The position numbers and the translations under genes are program-made. This document shows positions 62,580-64,000 of a stretch of 64,000 nt of DNA, piece after piece (the first letter of the stretch is position 1; every line of letters begins with the position of its first letter). Origin of the DNA: Mobula birostris (lineage: Eukaryota); NCBI RefSeq assembly GCF_030028105.1, contig NC_092380.1, positions 40,867,920 to 40,931,919 on the forward strand, read 5' to 3'. The notes below the pieces were generated by a model, which worked only from the letters and a program-made list of their open reading frames with translations, did not search any database and had not been told where the DNA came from.

Positions 62580-63415
62580 GAGCTGTATGTGAGGTATTAG
62601 GAGGTGGTTAATGTCCCTTTACTTAAGGAGGGCTGCAAGGACAAGCCAGGAAACTATAGGCTAGTGAGTCAATATTAGTGGTGGCAAAACTCCTGGAGAT
62701 AGTACACGTTTGTATTTGTGTCTGGAAAGTCAGAGACTGATTAGGGGTTGTCAGTATGGTTTTGTGTTTGGAGAAAATTATGGTTAAGATGGCAGTTCTC
62801 TGGGGAGTGTTGCTGAACAGAGGAACGTACATATTCTCTGGAAGTGGCTACACAGAGTGGTGAAGAAGGTTGGTGGCATATTTGTGTCACTGAGTACAAG
62901 AGTTGGGATGTTCTGATTATGCAAGACATTGGTGAGACCACATTTGTGTGCAGTTCTGGTCACTGCAGTACAAAGAATATTCACAAAGATGTTGCTGAGA
63001 CTGTATGCTTGAGTTATAAGGAGAGACTGAATAGGCCGGAATTAATTTCCCTGGAGTGAAGGAGGTGGAGGAGTGAGCTTATAAAGAGTTACAAAATCAC
63101 CAGGATCATAGATTGGGCAGATAGTCACACTTTTTCTTTGAAGGACATGTTTAAGGTGAGAGGGGAAAGATTTAAGAGAGGCAAGTTTATCACAGTGGCT
63201 AGTGGGTATGTGGAAAAAGCTGCCATGGGCAGGTACAATTACAATGTTTAAAAGACATTTGGATACATGGAGAGGAAAGATTTAAAGGGAAATCGGCTAA
63301 GCACAAGCCTATTTCCCACGAACCTAACTGGGACTAGTTTAGCTATATAACTTAGTTAGCATGGATTTTGGGGCAAAATGGCCTACTTCCTTGCTGAGTA
63401 ACTCTAACTCTATGT
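62580..63415 (+). mobile_element. Degenerate CR1 LINE fragment
   Basis: DKPGNYRLVS and LVRPHLC..FWS remnants; tail ctctaactctatg. Confidence 0.65.
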
Positions 63416-64000
63416 CCTGCCTTATTACATCCCATTGTGGATATTCTCAACTGCTACATTATCCAGCTGATATGATGTAGCTGGAATATACCACACAGAT
63501 TAAGATGGTTCTCACCGACAGGCCCTGTGGAGTTAGCAGGGTTTCTGTGCGATGGTTCCTAACATCTCTTTGAAACTTGCACAAGGTTGATTCTGGACTG
63601 AGGATGCTGGCTGTTGTGCATCAAGCTGAGAGCATACAAGTTTTTGCTATTCAGTTGGATTATTTTTTAATTGGGCATGTTAAATTATATGGGCCGTAAC
63701 ATTTATTGAAGTTAGTTGGATAGGCTTTTACGTATTGGATAAGTTAGCTAAGCAAGGTCTGGCACACAGTATTGACCTGCCAGTCATTCATATTCTTTGC
63801 ACAGGCACATTATGGACAAGACTCTGTCAAGTCCATTACTCTAGCAGTTGGATCTCTGCTCCAAGTTTGGGTCCAGGCATATGTCATTGCTTAGTATATA
63901 TATGGAAGTGCACACATGCCCATCTGTACCTTGGGTGTCCTTACATTTATCCTTGTTGGAAGGTTTGCTAGTGCTACTCCAGGGGTTTAAGCTCGGGTTG

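Noticed and set aside
58843-64000. MTCH2 terminal exon (expected GNMSRGNSLFFRKV-like)
   Set aside because: No matching sequence found by eye; presumed to lie beyond the window.

Overview
Repeat-rich vertebrate genomic DNA with three assembly gaps. The mix of CR1, Penelope, Rex1 and V-SINE repeats suggests a cartilaginous fish (inference). The main gene is MTCH2 (mitochondrial carrier homolog 2) on the + strand: 12 coding exons from 30855 to 58842 join with GT-AG splice sites into one open frame of 275 codons; the last exon was not found and probably lies beyond the window. The most notable feature is inside MTCH2 intron 1, on the opposite strand: an intact, intronless secreted phospholipase A2 gene of group X-like type (35025-35564). 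It has a signal peptide, an RARR propeptide site, 16 mature Cys, the full catalytic set, and its own candidate TATA box, GC box and poly(A) signal. Upstream, five phase-compatible + strand exons (3704-16337) form the 3' end of another gene, possibly AGBL2 by synteny only. The rest is CR1, Rex1/Babar, L2 and Tx1 LINE fragments, Penelope elements carrying minimal hammerhead-ribozyme motifs, Tc1 and Harbinger-like DNA elements, SINEs and minisatellites, plus a templated inverted insertion.
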